From Akkermansiaceae bacterium (GTDB taxonomy: Bacteria; Verrucomicrobiota; Verrucomicrobiia; Verrucomicrobiales; Akkermansiaceae): a stretch of 64,000 nt of DNA. The number at the start of each line of letters is the position of its first letter. Positions within the stretch are counted from its first letter, which is position 1. Positions 19,989-29,091 of the stretch are shown in pieces. Both the position numbers and the translations under genes were made by a program. Below the pieces are notes generated by a model. That model was not told where the DNA came from and made no database searches. It saw only the letters and a program-made list of their open reading frames with translations. The DNA is taken from NCBI GenBank assembly GCA_051251915.1, contig JBPOGF010000002.1, positions 192,001-256,000 on the forward strand, read 5' to 3'.

Positions 19989-20357
19989 TTATGGTGCTGC
20001 TTTGAGTTGGTGAGCGGTTTCTGGGTGGGTGGGATCGAAGCCTATCATTAGGATGCCTTCTGCTGAGTCGGAGTGGGTGGCGCCCATTCGGTAGAGGACT
20101 GGGGTGATGAAGGTTAGTTGTTTGCCGGTGGATTGGAACTTTTCTACGATGGTGGCTTGTTGGGGGGTGCCGGGGCCGTAGATCTTGGTGATGTTCCAGT
20201 CTGTGACGTACATGGCGGATTCGATGGGAAGGGGTGTTGGGGTGTGGGTTTTACGGAGGTAGAACCAGATGAAGCTCACTGCTAATATGCTGTAGAGTAG
20301 GCTGATGAGGATGACGCCAGCTAATCTTTCTGACTTGTTGGTGGAGGTGTTTTCCAA
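19989..20357 (-). CDS. Hypothetical protein with a single N-terminal TM
   Basis: ORF with a TTG start filling the gap in a run of minus-strand genes. Confidence 0.6.
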   Translation of the reverse strand: MENTSTNKSERLAGVILISLLYSILAVSFIWFYLRKTHTPTPLPIESAMYVTDWNITKIYGPGTPQQATIVEKFQSTGKQLTFITPVLYRMGATHSDSAEGILMIGFDPTHPETAHQLKAAP

Positions 20358-20390
20358 GGGGTGAGGTTTGAGAAGGGTTTAGCTTGTTGG

Positions 20391-21056
20391 TTAAGGAGTT
20401 TCTTTTGGGGTGAGTTTTGATCCTGTGAATGGGTTGAATTTGTAGTTGCCTGGGAATGTTTCTTTGGTGTTAGAGTCCCAGACTGGGGGGAGTAGGCTGC
20501 CTAGTGGGAGTCTCCATTCGTGATTTTGTTCAAAGCAGGTGTAGGTGAAGCTGCCTTCTTCTTTGGGGTTGAGGATGTATTTTCCGTCCTTTTTGTTAGG
20601 GTAGATGATGAATTCCATGCCTTTGCCAAATTGTCCGAGCATTTGGCCCATCATTGGTTTCATCATGGCGTAAAAGCCTTGGGCTTGTGGGTTTAGTTCA
20701 TCGTTAGGGATGGGGGCGATTTCTTTGCCGTCGACTTTGAGGGTTACGTTTTTGAGGATGGATTCTCGGTTTTCAAATGTCATGCCTGCGAGGCCGGCGG
20801 TGTTCATTTTGACGACTACGAAGGCTGAGTAGTCATCGAGCAAGGCGACGAATTCTTTTTTTTGGTTGTCTGTTAGGTTTGGGTCTTCGCTGAGGGCTAC
20901 TTCCCAGAATTGAGATGGGATCCACCAGATTAGGTTCATTTTAGATCCTTCTTGGGTCATTCTCTGGGTGTCCTGGACTAGCTTCTGCATGTCTGCGGCT
21001 TGGGTGCTGGATAGTGCTAGGAGTGAGAATAGGATGAGTAAGATTTTGTTTTTCAT
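20391..21056 (-). CDS. Hypothetical exported protein
   Basis: Signal peptide (STQA); WWIP..FW and WRLPLGSLLPP motifs. Confidence 0.8.
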   Translation of the reverse strand: MKNKILLILFSLLALSSTQAADMQKLVQDTQRMTQEGSKMNLIWWIPSQFWEVALSEDPNLTDNQKKEFVALLDDYSAFVVVKMNTAGLAGMTFENRESILKNVTLKVDGKEIAPIPNDELNPQAQGFYAMMKPMMGQMLGQFGKGMEFIIYPNKKDGKYILNPKEEGSFTYTCFEQNHEWRLPLGSLLPPVWDSNTKETFPGNYKFNPFTGSKLTPKETP

Positions 21057-21158
21057 ATGTTTAATTTGTTAGATTGATAGGGGTGTTATATCATTTGGGG
21101 GGTGGTGTCTATGCGGAAAGTTGGTTTCTTGGTGGTGGTGGGGGGATGGTTTGTGGGG

Positions 21159-21806
21159 TTATTTTTTTGGTTGGAGGAGTGTGGGGAGGTTGTGCATGTT
21201 GTCGAATGGGATGGCTCCGGCTGCGGCTAGGTGGTCTGGGTTGGTGAGCTTGGCGTAGCCGTAGACGGTCATGCCTGCGGCGATGGCGGCTTTTACTCCG
21301 ATGACTGTGTCTTCTACTACTGCGCAGCGATCTGGTGTGGTTTGCATTTTGCTGGCGGCTAGGAGGTAGACGTCTGGCGCGGGCTTGCTGTGGGCGACTT
21401 CTGTGGTGCTGGTGATGCGTCCTTCAAAGTGTGGGAGTAGGCCGGTTACTCCGAGGGTGGTTTTCATTTTTTCGTGATCTCCGCTGGAGGCGACGCAGGT
21501 GGGGAGGGTGATTTGTGCGAGGGCTTCTTTGATGCCATCGACGGCTTTTAGTGACTGGGTGAGGGCTTCTTTTTGGCGTTGTTTGAATTCTGGGACGAAG
21601 GTGGTGGGGATGGGGTGGTTTAGTTTTTCTTCTATGATGGTGATGCAGCGGTCTAGGGAGTTTCCGACGAATTCTTGATAGGTGGTTTCCATGGTGGCTT
21701 GGAGGCCTAGTTCGTTTAGCATGGCGGATAGGACGGTGCAGGTGATGCGCTCGCTGTCGACTAGGACGCCGTCGCAGTCGAATATGATTAGGTCGTATGG
21801 TTGCAT
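21159..21806 (-). CDS. HAD family hydrolase
   Basis: FDCDGVLVDSE, CVASS, KPAPDVY and VEDT..GVKAA motifs. Confidence 0.93.
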   Translation of the reverse strand: MQPYDLIIFDCDGVLVDSERITCTVLSAMLNELGLQATMETTYQEFVGNSLDRCITIIEEKLNHPIPTTFVPEFKQRQKEALTQSLKAVDGIKEALAQITLPTCVASSGDHEKMKTTLGVTGLLPHFEGRITSTTEVAHSKPAPDVYLLAASKMQTTPDRCAVVEDTVIGVKAAIAAGMTVYGYAKLTNPDHLAAAGAIPFDNMHNLPTLLQPKK

Positions 21807-21842
21807 GGTGGTGTGTTTTAGGTATGGTTGTGATTTTGGGTT

Positions 21843-22196
21843 TTACTGGGGGTCGTTGGGGATTTTGAATGGTTGGTTGTTGATGATGACGGAGAATTTG
21901 AAGCCTGCGGCTTGGATGGTGTTTCTGGCGAACTGGAGGAATTTTAGGTCGTCTGTTGTTTCTGGGGTGTGAAGGCAGCAGATGGATATTTCTATTTCTT
22001 GGTTGATGGCGTCTGGTCTGGATTGGTAGATTTCACCGGATTCGATGAATGATAGGTAGTTATTTAGTTTGTTCTGGAGTGCGAGGAGGTGCTCTCTGTT
22101 GTCCCATTCTAGGTGGTCTGCGATGGCTACGATACAGGTGTTGTCTGTGGTTCTGGTGGTGAGGGAGTCGATGAGGTTTGGTTGGTCGATGCTCAT
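21843..22196 (-). CDS. DUF6572-like protein
   Basis: MSIDQPNLID, DHLEW and HLLALQNKLNNYLSFIESGEI motifs (family recalled from memory). Confidence 0.7.
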   Translation of the reverse strand: MSIDQPNLIDSLTTRTTDNTCIVAIADHLEWDNREHLLALQNKLNNYLSFIESGEIYQSRPDAINQEIEISICCLHTPETTDDLKFLQFARNTIQAAGFKFSVIINNQPFKIPNDPQ

Positions 22197-22204
22197 GTTT
22201 TTTG

Positions 22205-23005
22205 TTAGAGTTTGAAGAAGGTGTTTACGTTTTGTTCGGTGATGTGGGCGAATTCTTCTAGGGGAATTCCACGGGCTGCGGCGATGTGGGTGGCGGTGTG
22301 GAGGGTGTAGGCGGGTTCGTTTCGCTTACCACGGTGAGGGGTGGGGGCTAGGTAGGGGGAGTCTGTTTCTACCATGATGCGGTCTGATGGTGTTTTGACT
22401 GCTGCTTCTAGGGTGATGGTGGCTTTTTTGAAGGTGGTGATGCCGGTGTAGGAGAGGTAGCCGCCGAGGTCTAGGATGTGGTGGGCATTTTCCCAGGGGC
22501 CGAGGAAGCAGTGGAATACGGCGGTGACTTTGTCTGCGTATTGGCGGTAGATTTCTACGGCGTCTGTTAGGGATGCGTGGCCGGTTTTGTCACGGGTGTG
22601 GATGACGATGTTTTTGTTGTGTTCTGCGGCGAGTTGGAAGTGTTGGTGGAGGAATTGTCGCTGGCGGGCGTGGTAGTTTTCTTCTGTCCATCCTTGTGGG
22701 GCGGGGTGGAAGTAGTCTAGTCCGGTTTCTCCGATGGCGCAGATTTTGGGGTGGGTGACTTTTTCTTGGAGGGTTGTAAGGTAGTGGTCTGGGGTGTTGT
22801 GGACATCGCAGGGGTGAATGGCGATGGCGGCGTGGATCTGGGGGTAAGTTTTTGCGAGGTGGAGGTTTGGCTCTAGGTCATCTAGGGAGGTGGCGAGGGT
22901 GATGAGGCGGTGGATGTGGTTGTCCTGGGCTCGCTGGATGAGGGCGGGGATTTCTTCTGCGGGGAATTTGTGGGAGGCTAGGTGGCAGTGGGAATCTGTG
23001 AGCAT
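22205..23005 (-). CDS. tatD: TatD family hydrolase/DNase
   Basis: DSHCHL, AIGETGLDY, IHTRD, FHCF, ETDSPYLAP and RGKRNEP motifs. Confidence 0.95.
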   Translation of the reverse strand: MLTDSHCHLASHKFPAEEIPALIQRAQDNHIHRLITLATSLDDLEPNLHLAKTYPQIHAAIAIHPCDVHNTPDHYLTTLQEKVTHPKICAIGETGLDYFHPAPQGWTEENYHARQRQFLHQHFQLAAEHNKNIVIHTRDKTGHASLTDAVEIYRQYADKVTAVFHCFLGPWENAHHILDLGGYLSYTGITTFKKATITLEAAVKTPSDRIMVETDSPYLAPTPHRGKRNEPAYTLHTATHIAAARGIPLEEFAHITEQNVNTFFKL

Positions 23006-23009
23006 TTTT

Positions 23010-23345
23010 TGAATGGTGAATTTTGAATGTGGAATTTTGAAATCTTGGTGCTTTGGTGGCTTTTGTTGTGGATTTTTTTTACCGCGAAATACACTAAATA
23101 CACGAAAGTTTGCTTGGGTTGGTGGTGGCTTGGATTTTGACCTGCGGTGCTTTTTGAACCACGGAATACACTGAAGACACGGAACTTGGTTGATGGTGGA
23201 AGCTTGGGTTGTTGCCTGCGGCGCTTACCACGAATCGCACTAATCTTCACGAATGGTGGACGATGAAACCTGTGGATGATGGATTTTTTGAACCACGGAA
23301 AGCACGGAAATCACGGAACCGGGTTGATGGAGCGGAATTTGGGTT
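23010..23345 (+). repeat. Modular intergenic repeat cluster: TGAA heptamers followed by four CAC-triad units
   Basis: Triads begin at about 23081, 23158, 23227 and 23292; CCTGCGGYGCT linkers at 23141 and 23215. Confidence 0.85.
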
Positions 23346-23405
23346 GTGTGCTTTGAGAGAGAGCTTTTTTAATTTTGTGTATGGTGAAACGGGTAACTTT
23401 TTTCT

Positions 23406-23819
23406 TTAGAGTGAGAGTTCTAGGGCTAGTTTTTTCATTTGGCGGGCCATGAGGTTTAGGGCGTTGGCGCGGGTGGGGGCGAGGTGTTCTTTGAGGCCGG
23501 TGTCATCGATGAAGGACATGTCTGCGGTGAGGATGTCTTCTGGGGTTTGGCCGCTGAGGGTGTTGACGAAGAGGGCGATCATGCCTTTGGTGATGAGGGA
23601 GTCTGAGTCTGCGCGGTAGATGATGTTTCCGTTTTGTTTTTCTGCTTCTAGCCAGACTTGGGATTGGCAGCCTTGGATGAGTTTGTCTGTGGTTTTGAGG
23701 GAGTCTTCCATGGGGGGGAGTTTTTTGCCAAGGGAGATGACGTATTCGTAGCGTTCGGTCCAGTCTTGGAAGATGGAGAGGTTGTCTAGGAGTTCGGCTT
23801 GTGCTTGTTGGATGGTCAT
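23406..23819 (-). CDS. sufE: Fe-S sulfur acceptor SufE
   Basis: WTERYEYVISLGKKLP, GCQSQVWL, ADSDSLITKG and HLAPTRAN motifs. Confidence 0.93.
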   Translation of the reverse strand: MTIQQAQAELLDNLSIFQDWTERYEYVISLGKKLPPMEDSLKTTDKLIQGCQSQVWLEAEKQNGNIIYRADSDSLITKGMIALFVNTLSGQTPEDILTADMSFIDDTGLKEHLAPTRANALNLMARQMKKLALELSL

Positions 23820-23820
23820 T

Positions 23821-23899
23821 TTGAATTGATTATTGAATAGTGGAGATTGATTATTGGCTTGGTGCTTTGGTGGCTTGGGAGATTGGAAATCTCGGGCAC
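23821..23899 (+). repeat. Degenerate short repeats plus a second REP-like motif
   Basis: CTTGGTGCTTTGGTGGCTT also occurs at 23044; GGGAGATTGGAAATCTCGGGCAC matches 3266-3288. Confidence 0.65.
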
Positions 23900-23913
23900 G
23901 TTGGTGGCTGGGG

Positions 23914-25167
23914 TTATTTTTGTTTGGCTAGGGATTTTGAGATTAGGGCTTTTAGGGAGAGGCCTTGGACGGCGATGGAGAAGATGACGATGATGTAGGT
24001 GACTACGAGGATGTGGGTACGGGCATCGCCGGCTTCTTTGGGGATGGCTAGTGCTAGGGCTACTGAGATGCCTCCACGGATGCCTCCCCAGGTGAGGATC
24101 TTGACGACTCCGGGGGTGAATTCTTTGCCCATTTTGCTGAGTAGGCCGACGGTGGCTCCTGAGGAGATGAATCTGACTGCTAGGGAGACTGGGATGAGGA
24201 TGAGGCCGGCGATGATGACTGGGGTGGAGAAGTCTAGGATGAATATTTCTAGTCCGATGAGGAGGAAGAGGACTGAGTTTAGGATTTCATCGATGAGTTC
24301 CCAGAAGGTGTCGATGTTTGATCTGGTTTGCTCTGACATGGCGTTTTCACGGGCGTGGTTACCGATCATGAGTCCGGCGATGACCATGGCGAGTGGGCCG
24401 CTGAGGTGGTAGCTCATGGCGAGGTTGTAGCCTGCGGTGACGAGGGCTAGGGTGAGGAGGACTTCTACGTGGTAGTTGTCGATGGATTTGAGCATTTTGT
24501 AGCAGATGTAACCTAGGATGAGTCCTAGGATGATGCCGCCGCCTGCTTCTATGAGGAAGTCTGTGGCTACTCCGCCGATGGTGACGTTGCCGATGCCTGT
24601 GGTGGCGATGCCAACGAGGACGAGGTAGATGACGACTCCTACGCCGTCGTTGAAGAGGGATTCTCCGGTGATTTTGGTTTCTAGGGACTTGGGTGCACCT
24701 GCTGTCTTGAGGATGCCGAGGACGGCGACTGGGTCGGTGGGGGCGATGAGTGCGCCGAAGACGAGGCACCATGCGTATGGGATGTGGACGTCTAGCATGC
24801 CGAAGATGTAGTAGGCTGCGGTGCCGACGGCGAAGGTGCTGACGGTGACTCCGATGGTGGCCATGATGGCGACGATGCGTTTCTGGAGCTTGAGCTGGTG
24901 GAGGTTTACGTGGAGAGCGCCGGCGAAGAGGAGGTAACTGAGCATGCCGTTCATGAGTGCTTCGTTGAAGTCGATGGAGGCGACGAAGGCTTCTGCGGAG
25001 TCATCGAATGTGGGGATGAATTGTCCGACGGCGATCATGACGAGGCTGGCGACGAGGGAGATGAGCATGATGCCGATGGTGACTGGGAGCTTGATCCAGC
25101 GATGATTTACGTAGGCGAAGAGTGCTGCGAGGGTGAGTAGGATGGCGGTGATGTCGAGGAAGTTCAT
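23914..25167 (-). CDS. CPA1/NhaP-type Na+/H+ antiporter
   Basis: LLFAGALH, APTDPVAV, GESLFNDG and WGGIRGGISVALAL motifs. Confidence 0.93.
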   Translation of the reverse strand: MNFLDITAILLTLAALFAYVNHRWIKLPVTIGIMLISLVASLVMIAVGQFIPTFDDSAEAFVASIDFNEALMNGMLSYLLFAGALHVNLHQLKLQKRIVAIMATIGVTVSTFAVGTAAYYIFGMLDVHIPYAWCLVFGALIAPTDPVAVLGILKTAGAPKSLETKITGESLFNDGVGVVIYLVLVGIATTGIGNVTIGGVATDFLIEAGGGIILGLILGYICYKMLKSIDNYHVEVLLTLALVTAGYNLAMSYHLSGPLAMVIAGLMIGNHARENAMSEQTRSNIDTFWELIDEILNSVLFLLIGLEIFILDFSTPVIIAGLILIPVSLAVRFISSGATVGLLSKMGKEFTPGVVKILTWGGIRGGISVALALAIPKEAGDARTHILVVTYIIVIFSIAVQGLSLKALISKSLAKQK

Positions 25168-25277
25168 GGGTGTTGGTAATGTGGTCTGGGGGGATAGTGG
25201 GGTGAGTGGGGGAGGAAATCAAGCCGAGGGATGTTTTTTTGATGTTGAAATGGAGTGGTGAGTGTTTAAGTAGTGGT

Positions 25278-26087
25278 ATGCAACAATATCATGATCTACT
25301 GAGGGATGTCTTGGAGAACGGGGAGAGCCGTGGGGATAGGACGGGGACGGGGACGTTGTCGGTTTTTGGTAGGCAGGCTCGGTATGATCTGCGGGAGGGG
25401 TTTCCGTGTTTGACGACGAAGAAGTTGCATTTGCGGTCCATTATTCATGAGTTGTTGTGGTTTCTGAAGGGGGATACGAATATTTCTTATTTGCAGGAGA
25501 ATGGGGTGAAGATCTGGGATGAGTGGGCTGATGAGAATGGTGATCTGGGGCCGGTGTATGGTCAGCAGTGGCGTGCGTGGGCTAAGGATGATGGGACGGT
25601 GGTGGATCAGATTGCTAGACTTATTGATGATTTGAAGAATAATCCTACTTCTAGGCGGCATTTGGTGTCTGCTTGGAATGTGGGGAAGGTGGATGAGATG
25701 GCGTTGCCGCCGTGTCATTTGTTATTTCAGTTTTATGTTCATGATGTGGGGAGTGAGCGTCCGGGGTTGAGTTGTCAGTTGTATCAGCGGAGTGCGGATT
25801 TGTTTTTGGGGGTGCCGTTTAATATCGCGAGTTATGCTTTGTTTGTGATGATGATAGCGCAGGTTTTGGGGTATGAGGCGCGGGATTTTGTGCATAGTTT
25901 TGGGGATTTGCATTTGTATAATAATCATTTGGATCAGGCGAAGTTGCAGTTGACGCGGGAGTGTAGGCCGCTGCCTAGGATGTGGGTGAATCCGGAGGTG
26001 AAGGATATTGATGGGTTTGTGTTTGAGGATTTTAGGTTGGAGGATTATGATCCGCATCCGCATATCAAGGCGGCGGTTTCGGTTTGA
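25278..26087 (+). CDS. thyA: Thymidylate synthase
   Basis: [33 protein letters not shown] and HLYNNH motifs; start moved to MQQYHDLL. Confidence 0.97.
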   Translation: MQQYHDLLRDVLENGESRGDRTGTGTLSVFGRQARYDLREGFPCLTTKKLHLRSIIHELLWFLKGDTNISYLQENGVKIWDEWADENGDLGPVYGQQWRAWAKDDGTVVDQIARLIDDLKNNPTSRRHLVSAWNVGKVDEMALPPCHLLFQFYVHDVGSERPGLSCQLYQRSADLFLGVPFNIASYALFVMMIAQVLGYEARDFVHSFGDLHLYNNHLDQAKLQLTRECRPLPRMWVNPEVKDIDGFVFEDFRLEDYDPHPHIKAAVSV

Positions 26088-26267
26088 GGAAGTTTAGAGG
26101 TTAAGTAGAAAGGGTGAAGGCTTGGTGTTGTCTTGTATGACGGCTTTGTCGTATGCGATTTATTTTTTTGGGATGATTGATTTTGGTGATGGTTTGATCT
26201 TTATTATCGATGGGGGTTTTGGGATTAGTTTGTGGTCAAGGGGTTGAGTGGGGTGTATGGTGGGTGG

Positions 26268-28862
26268 ATGAAAAATTTAATGACTGGGGTTGCTTTGTTG
26301 GTTTGTGGGTTTGGGGGTGAGGTTGTGTGTGCGGAGTCTTATGTGGTTGCTTTACGGGAGTTGGATTTTGTGGATGAGGGTGTGGATTTAGAGAAGTTGT
26401 TAGAGGGTGAGCGGGGGTATGGTCAGTGGGATTTAAGGAGGGAGCCTAATATGTGTGCGCGGACGCCGGATGGGGTGATGGTGTATATTGCTCCGAGGTC
26501 TGATACGGGTAGGCGTGAGAAGAGGGGGGACAGTATGGTGGTGGTTGAGATGGGGGAGGATAGGGTGTTTTCTGGGGTGGTGGATATTGATCATGGGTAT
26601 AAGCCTGGGGTGAGTTCGTTTGAGTTTAGCTTTGATCCTGAGAGGTATGAGGTGGGTAAGAAGGAGGAGGTGGAGCGGGTTAAGAAGACGCATTATCATT
26701 TGTTGGCGCGGTCTGGTTACTTGGGGGCTCCTTTGTTTAACGAGATGGCGGGTGGGGTGAAATTTGGTAGGGATGTGGTGAGAGTGCGGAATGTGAGGGA
26801 TGATTTTTCGTTTTATTCTGGGGGGCGGGCGATTTCTGATAATTTGGCATTGGATAGGGAGTTGAGGTTGATGAGGGATGATGTGGATGCGAAGGTGGAT
26901 GTTGGGACGTTGGAGGGGATAAAGACGAAGGCGATTGATTGGAAGGATTTGATGCCAGAGGTGGATGTTGAGATTGATGGGTTGGCGATGTTGGTGCCGG
27001 AAGATCAGCATGTTTTGATCTGTCCTTCGCTGGCGGAGATGGAGAAGATAGTGGCTATGGTGGAGAAGGAGGGGGCGTCGTTGTTTCAGGGGTTCACGGT
27101 GAGGAATCCGTTTAGGACGTTGCCTAGTAGATATAAGGTGCAGCTTGGGCTGAATTTTCCTACGGCGTTTGCTAAGCTTGCGCCGGTGAAGTCTGTGGCG
27201 GTGACGGGGTATGATCCGTTTTTTCCTACGGGGACGGATGTGGCTGTGTTGTTAGAGTCTGATAATCCTGGGTTGTTATTTAAGATGTTAGATGGTTTGA
27301 ATAAGTCTCAAGATAAGGAGTTGGCTTTGGTGGGGGATGTGGTTGTGGTGGCGAATTCTAAGGCGCAGTTGGATAGGATAAGGGAGGTGCATGCGGGGAA
27401 GGTGGCTAGTCTGGGGTCGCTGGATGAGTATAAGTTTTTTCGTCATCGGTATCCGGTAGCGGAGAAGCGGAGTGGGTTTGTGTTTCTTTCTGATGGGTGT
27501 ATTCGTCGTTGGGGGGGGCCAAGGATGCGGATAGCGGCGTCACGTAGGACGAAGTCTGTAGCGGCGCTGAGTGGTCTAACAGCTCGGAGTATTTCTGAGG
27601 GTAAGGTTGGGGAGTTGAGTATGGATCAGGAGTTTCTGTTAGGTGAGGTGAGTGTGAAGGATGGGGTGGTGGTGAGTGAGAAGATGGGGAGTCTGCATTT
27701 TATGACTCCGAGTATAGAGATGGTGATGGATAAGGTGACGAAGACTGAGGCGGATGCGTATGCGGAGTGGAAGCGTGGGTATGAGGATGGGTGGAGTAAG
27801 GTGTTTGATCCGATTGGTTTTAGTTTTGATTTAGATGAGAAGACTAAGGAGCTGGATCTGACGGTGATGCCGTTGACGGTGAATAATGAGTATGATGATT
27901 TTATCGAGCTTGTGGGGAAGGCGGTGCTTTCTAGGGAGGCTAGGTTTGCGGAGGATGAGCATGTTATTACTGCTTCGCTGGCTATTGATAAGGAAGGGGA
28001 GACTTTGTTTGGGGTGAATAGGTCATTGAGTGGGTTGATGCAGGATTTGAAGGTGGAGCCGTTGTCGTGGTTGGGGAGTTCGGTTACGGTGTTTGCTGAG
28101 AAGGATGAGAGCTGGAGGAAGTTTGGGAGTGATGAGTGGTCATTTGATGAGCATTTCATGAAGGCTCCGATAGGGTTGAGGGTGGAGCATACGAGTCAGA
28201 TTAAGTTGGCGGCATTTTTGCTGGCTGTGAAAAGTACTGTTGCGCAGGCGGCACCGGATGCAGTGAAGTGGGATACGAGGAAGCATGGTGAGGTGACTTA
28301 TGCGGTGGTGAGTTCTGAGGAGGATTTGGGGCTGGATGATGAGGTGAAGCTTTATTATGTGATCACGAAGAATACGCTCACTTTTACTTTACGAGAGGAT
28401 GTGATAAAGCGTGAGATAGATAGGCAGAAGTTGGAACGGAAGCTGGCCTTAACGCCGATTCAAGAGAGTGCGGATCATTTTTATTTGAAGGCTAGTGGTC
28501 AGATGTTGATGGCGTTGTCATCAGTGGATGGGGCGAGCTTTTCTGAGAGGAGAAGAGAGCAGAGTTATAGGGCTATTGCTGTTCTGAATGAGTGGAAGAG
28601 AAGGTTTGATGCTGCTGATCCAGTGGGAGCTCATTTTACTAAGTTTGGAGAGGATGTTTTCTGTCCAGGTGGGAAGGGTTATGTCTGGAATGCGGAGGGG
28701 ATGACGATGGAGTCTGTGGTTTATGGTTATCCTGCAAAGCCTAAGAAGGTGGAGGATGATGGCTTGCTGATGGGGTTATTTGGTGAGGTGGAGAGCTCGA
28801 TGAAGTTTGAGAATGATGGGCTGCGAGTGAGATTGAAGGTGTCTGGGGCGACTGATGAATAG
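26268..28862 (+). CDS. Large exported hypothetical protein (~864 aa)
   Basis: Signal peptide; SGGRAISDNLALDREL, GYDPFFPTGTDVAVL and C-terminal CPGGKGYVWN...YGYP motifs. Confidence 0.85.
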   Translation: MKNLMTGVALLVCGFGGEVVCAESYVVALRELDFVDEGVDLEKLLEGERGYGQWDLRREPNMCARTPDGVMVYIAPRSDTGRREKRGDSMVVVEMGEDRVFSGVVDIDHGYKPGVSSFEFSFDPERYEVGKKEEVERVKKTHYHLLARSGYLGAPLFNEMAGGVKFGRDVVRVRNVRDDFSFYSGGRAISDNLALDRELRLMRDDVDAKVDVGTLEGIKTKAIDWKDLMPEVDVEIDGLAMLVPEDQHVLICPSLAEMEKIVAMVEKEGASLFQGFTVRNPFRTLPSRYKVQLGLNFPTAFAKLAPVKSVAVTGYDPFFPTGTDVAVLLESDNPGLLFKMLDGLNKSQDKELALVGDVVVVANSKAQLDRIREVHAGKVASLGSLDEYKFFRHRYPVAEKRSGFVFLSDGCIRRWGGPRMRIAASRRTKSVAALSGLTARSISEGKVGELSMDQEFLLGEVSVKDGVVVSEKMGSLHFMTPSIEMVMDKVTKTEADAYAEWKRGYEDGWSKVFDPIGFSFDLDEKTKELDLTVMPLTVNNEYDDFIELVGKAVLSREARFAEDEHVITASLAIDKEGETLFGVNRSLSGLMQDLKVEPLSWLGSSVTVFAEKDESWRKFGSDEWSFDEHFMKAPIGLRVEHTSQIKLAAFLLAVKSTVAQAAPDAVKWDTRKHGEVTYAVVSSEEDLGLDDEVKLYYVITKNTLTFTLREDVIKREIDRQKLERKLALTPIQESADHFYLKASGQMLMALSSVDGASFSERRREQSYRAIAVLNEWKRRFDAADPVGAHFTKFGEDVFCPGGKGYVWNAEGMTMESVVYGYPAKPKKVEDDGLLMGLFGEVESSMKFENDGLRVRLKVSGATDE

Positions 28863-28995
28863 TAGCTGTTGGTGCATATTAGATCCACATCCAAAAGTCT
28901 GTATGCCTATCTTAGGGTAAGAATTTCCAATCTCTACGTTACTGATCAGTCACGGAGCCTTGAACTAGACAAAAATTCCTTGCACCAGTGGCTAC
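28862..28995 (+). other. 15-bp inverted repeat enclosing a 104-nt interior (candidate sRNA or MITE)
   Basis: GTAGCTGTTGGTGCA (28862-28876) pairs with TGCACCAGTGGCTAC (28981-28995) using 3 G-U pairs. Confidence 0.45.
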
Positions 28996-29027
28996 CATTT
29001 TATTTAAGATGCACTAAAATCTGAGGC

Positions 29028-29068
29028 AAAAAAATAAGCCATTCCGTATGATGCGGAATGGCTTATTT
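29028..29068. terminator. Intrinsic terminator between convergent genes, strongest for the - strand
   Basis: AAATAAGCCATTCCG...CGGAATGGCTTATTT hairpin preceded by an A-run. Confidence 0.8.
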
Positions 29069-29091
29069 GTTAGATGGTGTTTTTTAGGCTA

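Noticed and set aside
22205..23005. TatD as QatD of a Qat defence system
   Set aside because: It is an ordinary TatD with no QueC-like or ATPase partner nearby.
23074..23345. CRISPR array suggested by the 65-77 nt periodicity
   Set aside because: Units are degenerate rather than identical, the intervening sequences share modules, and there are no cas genes in the window.
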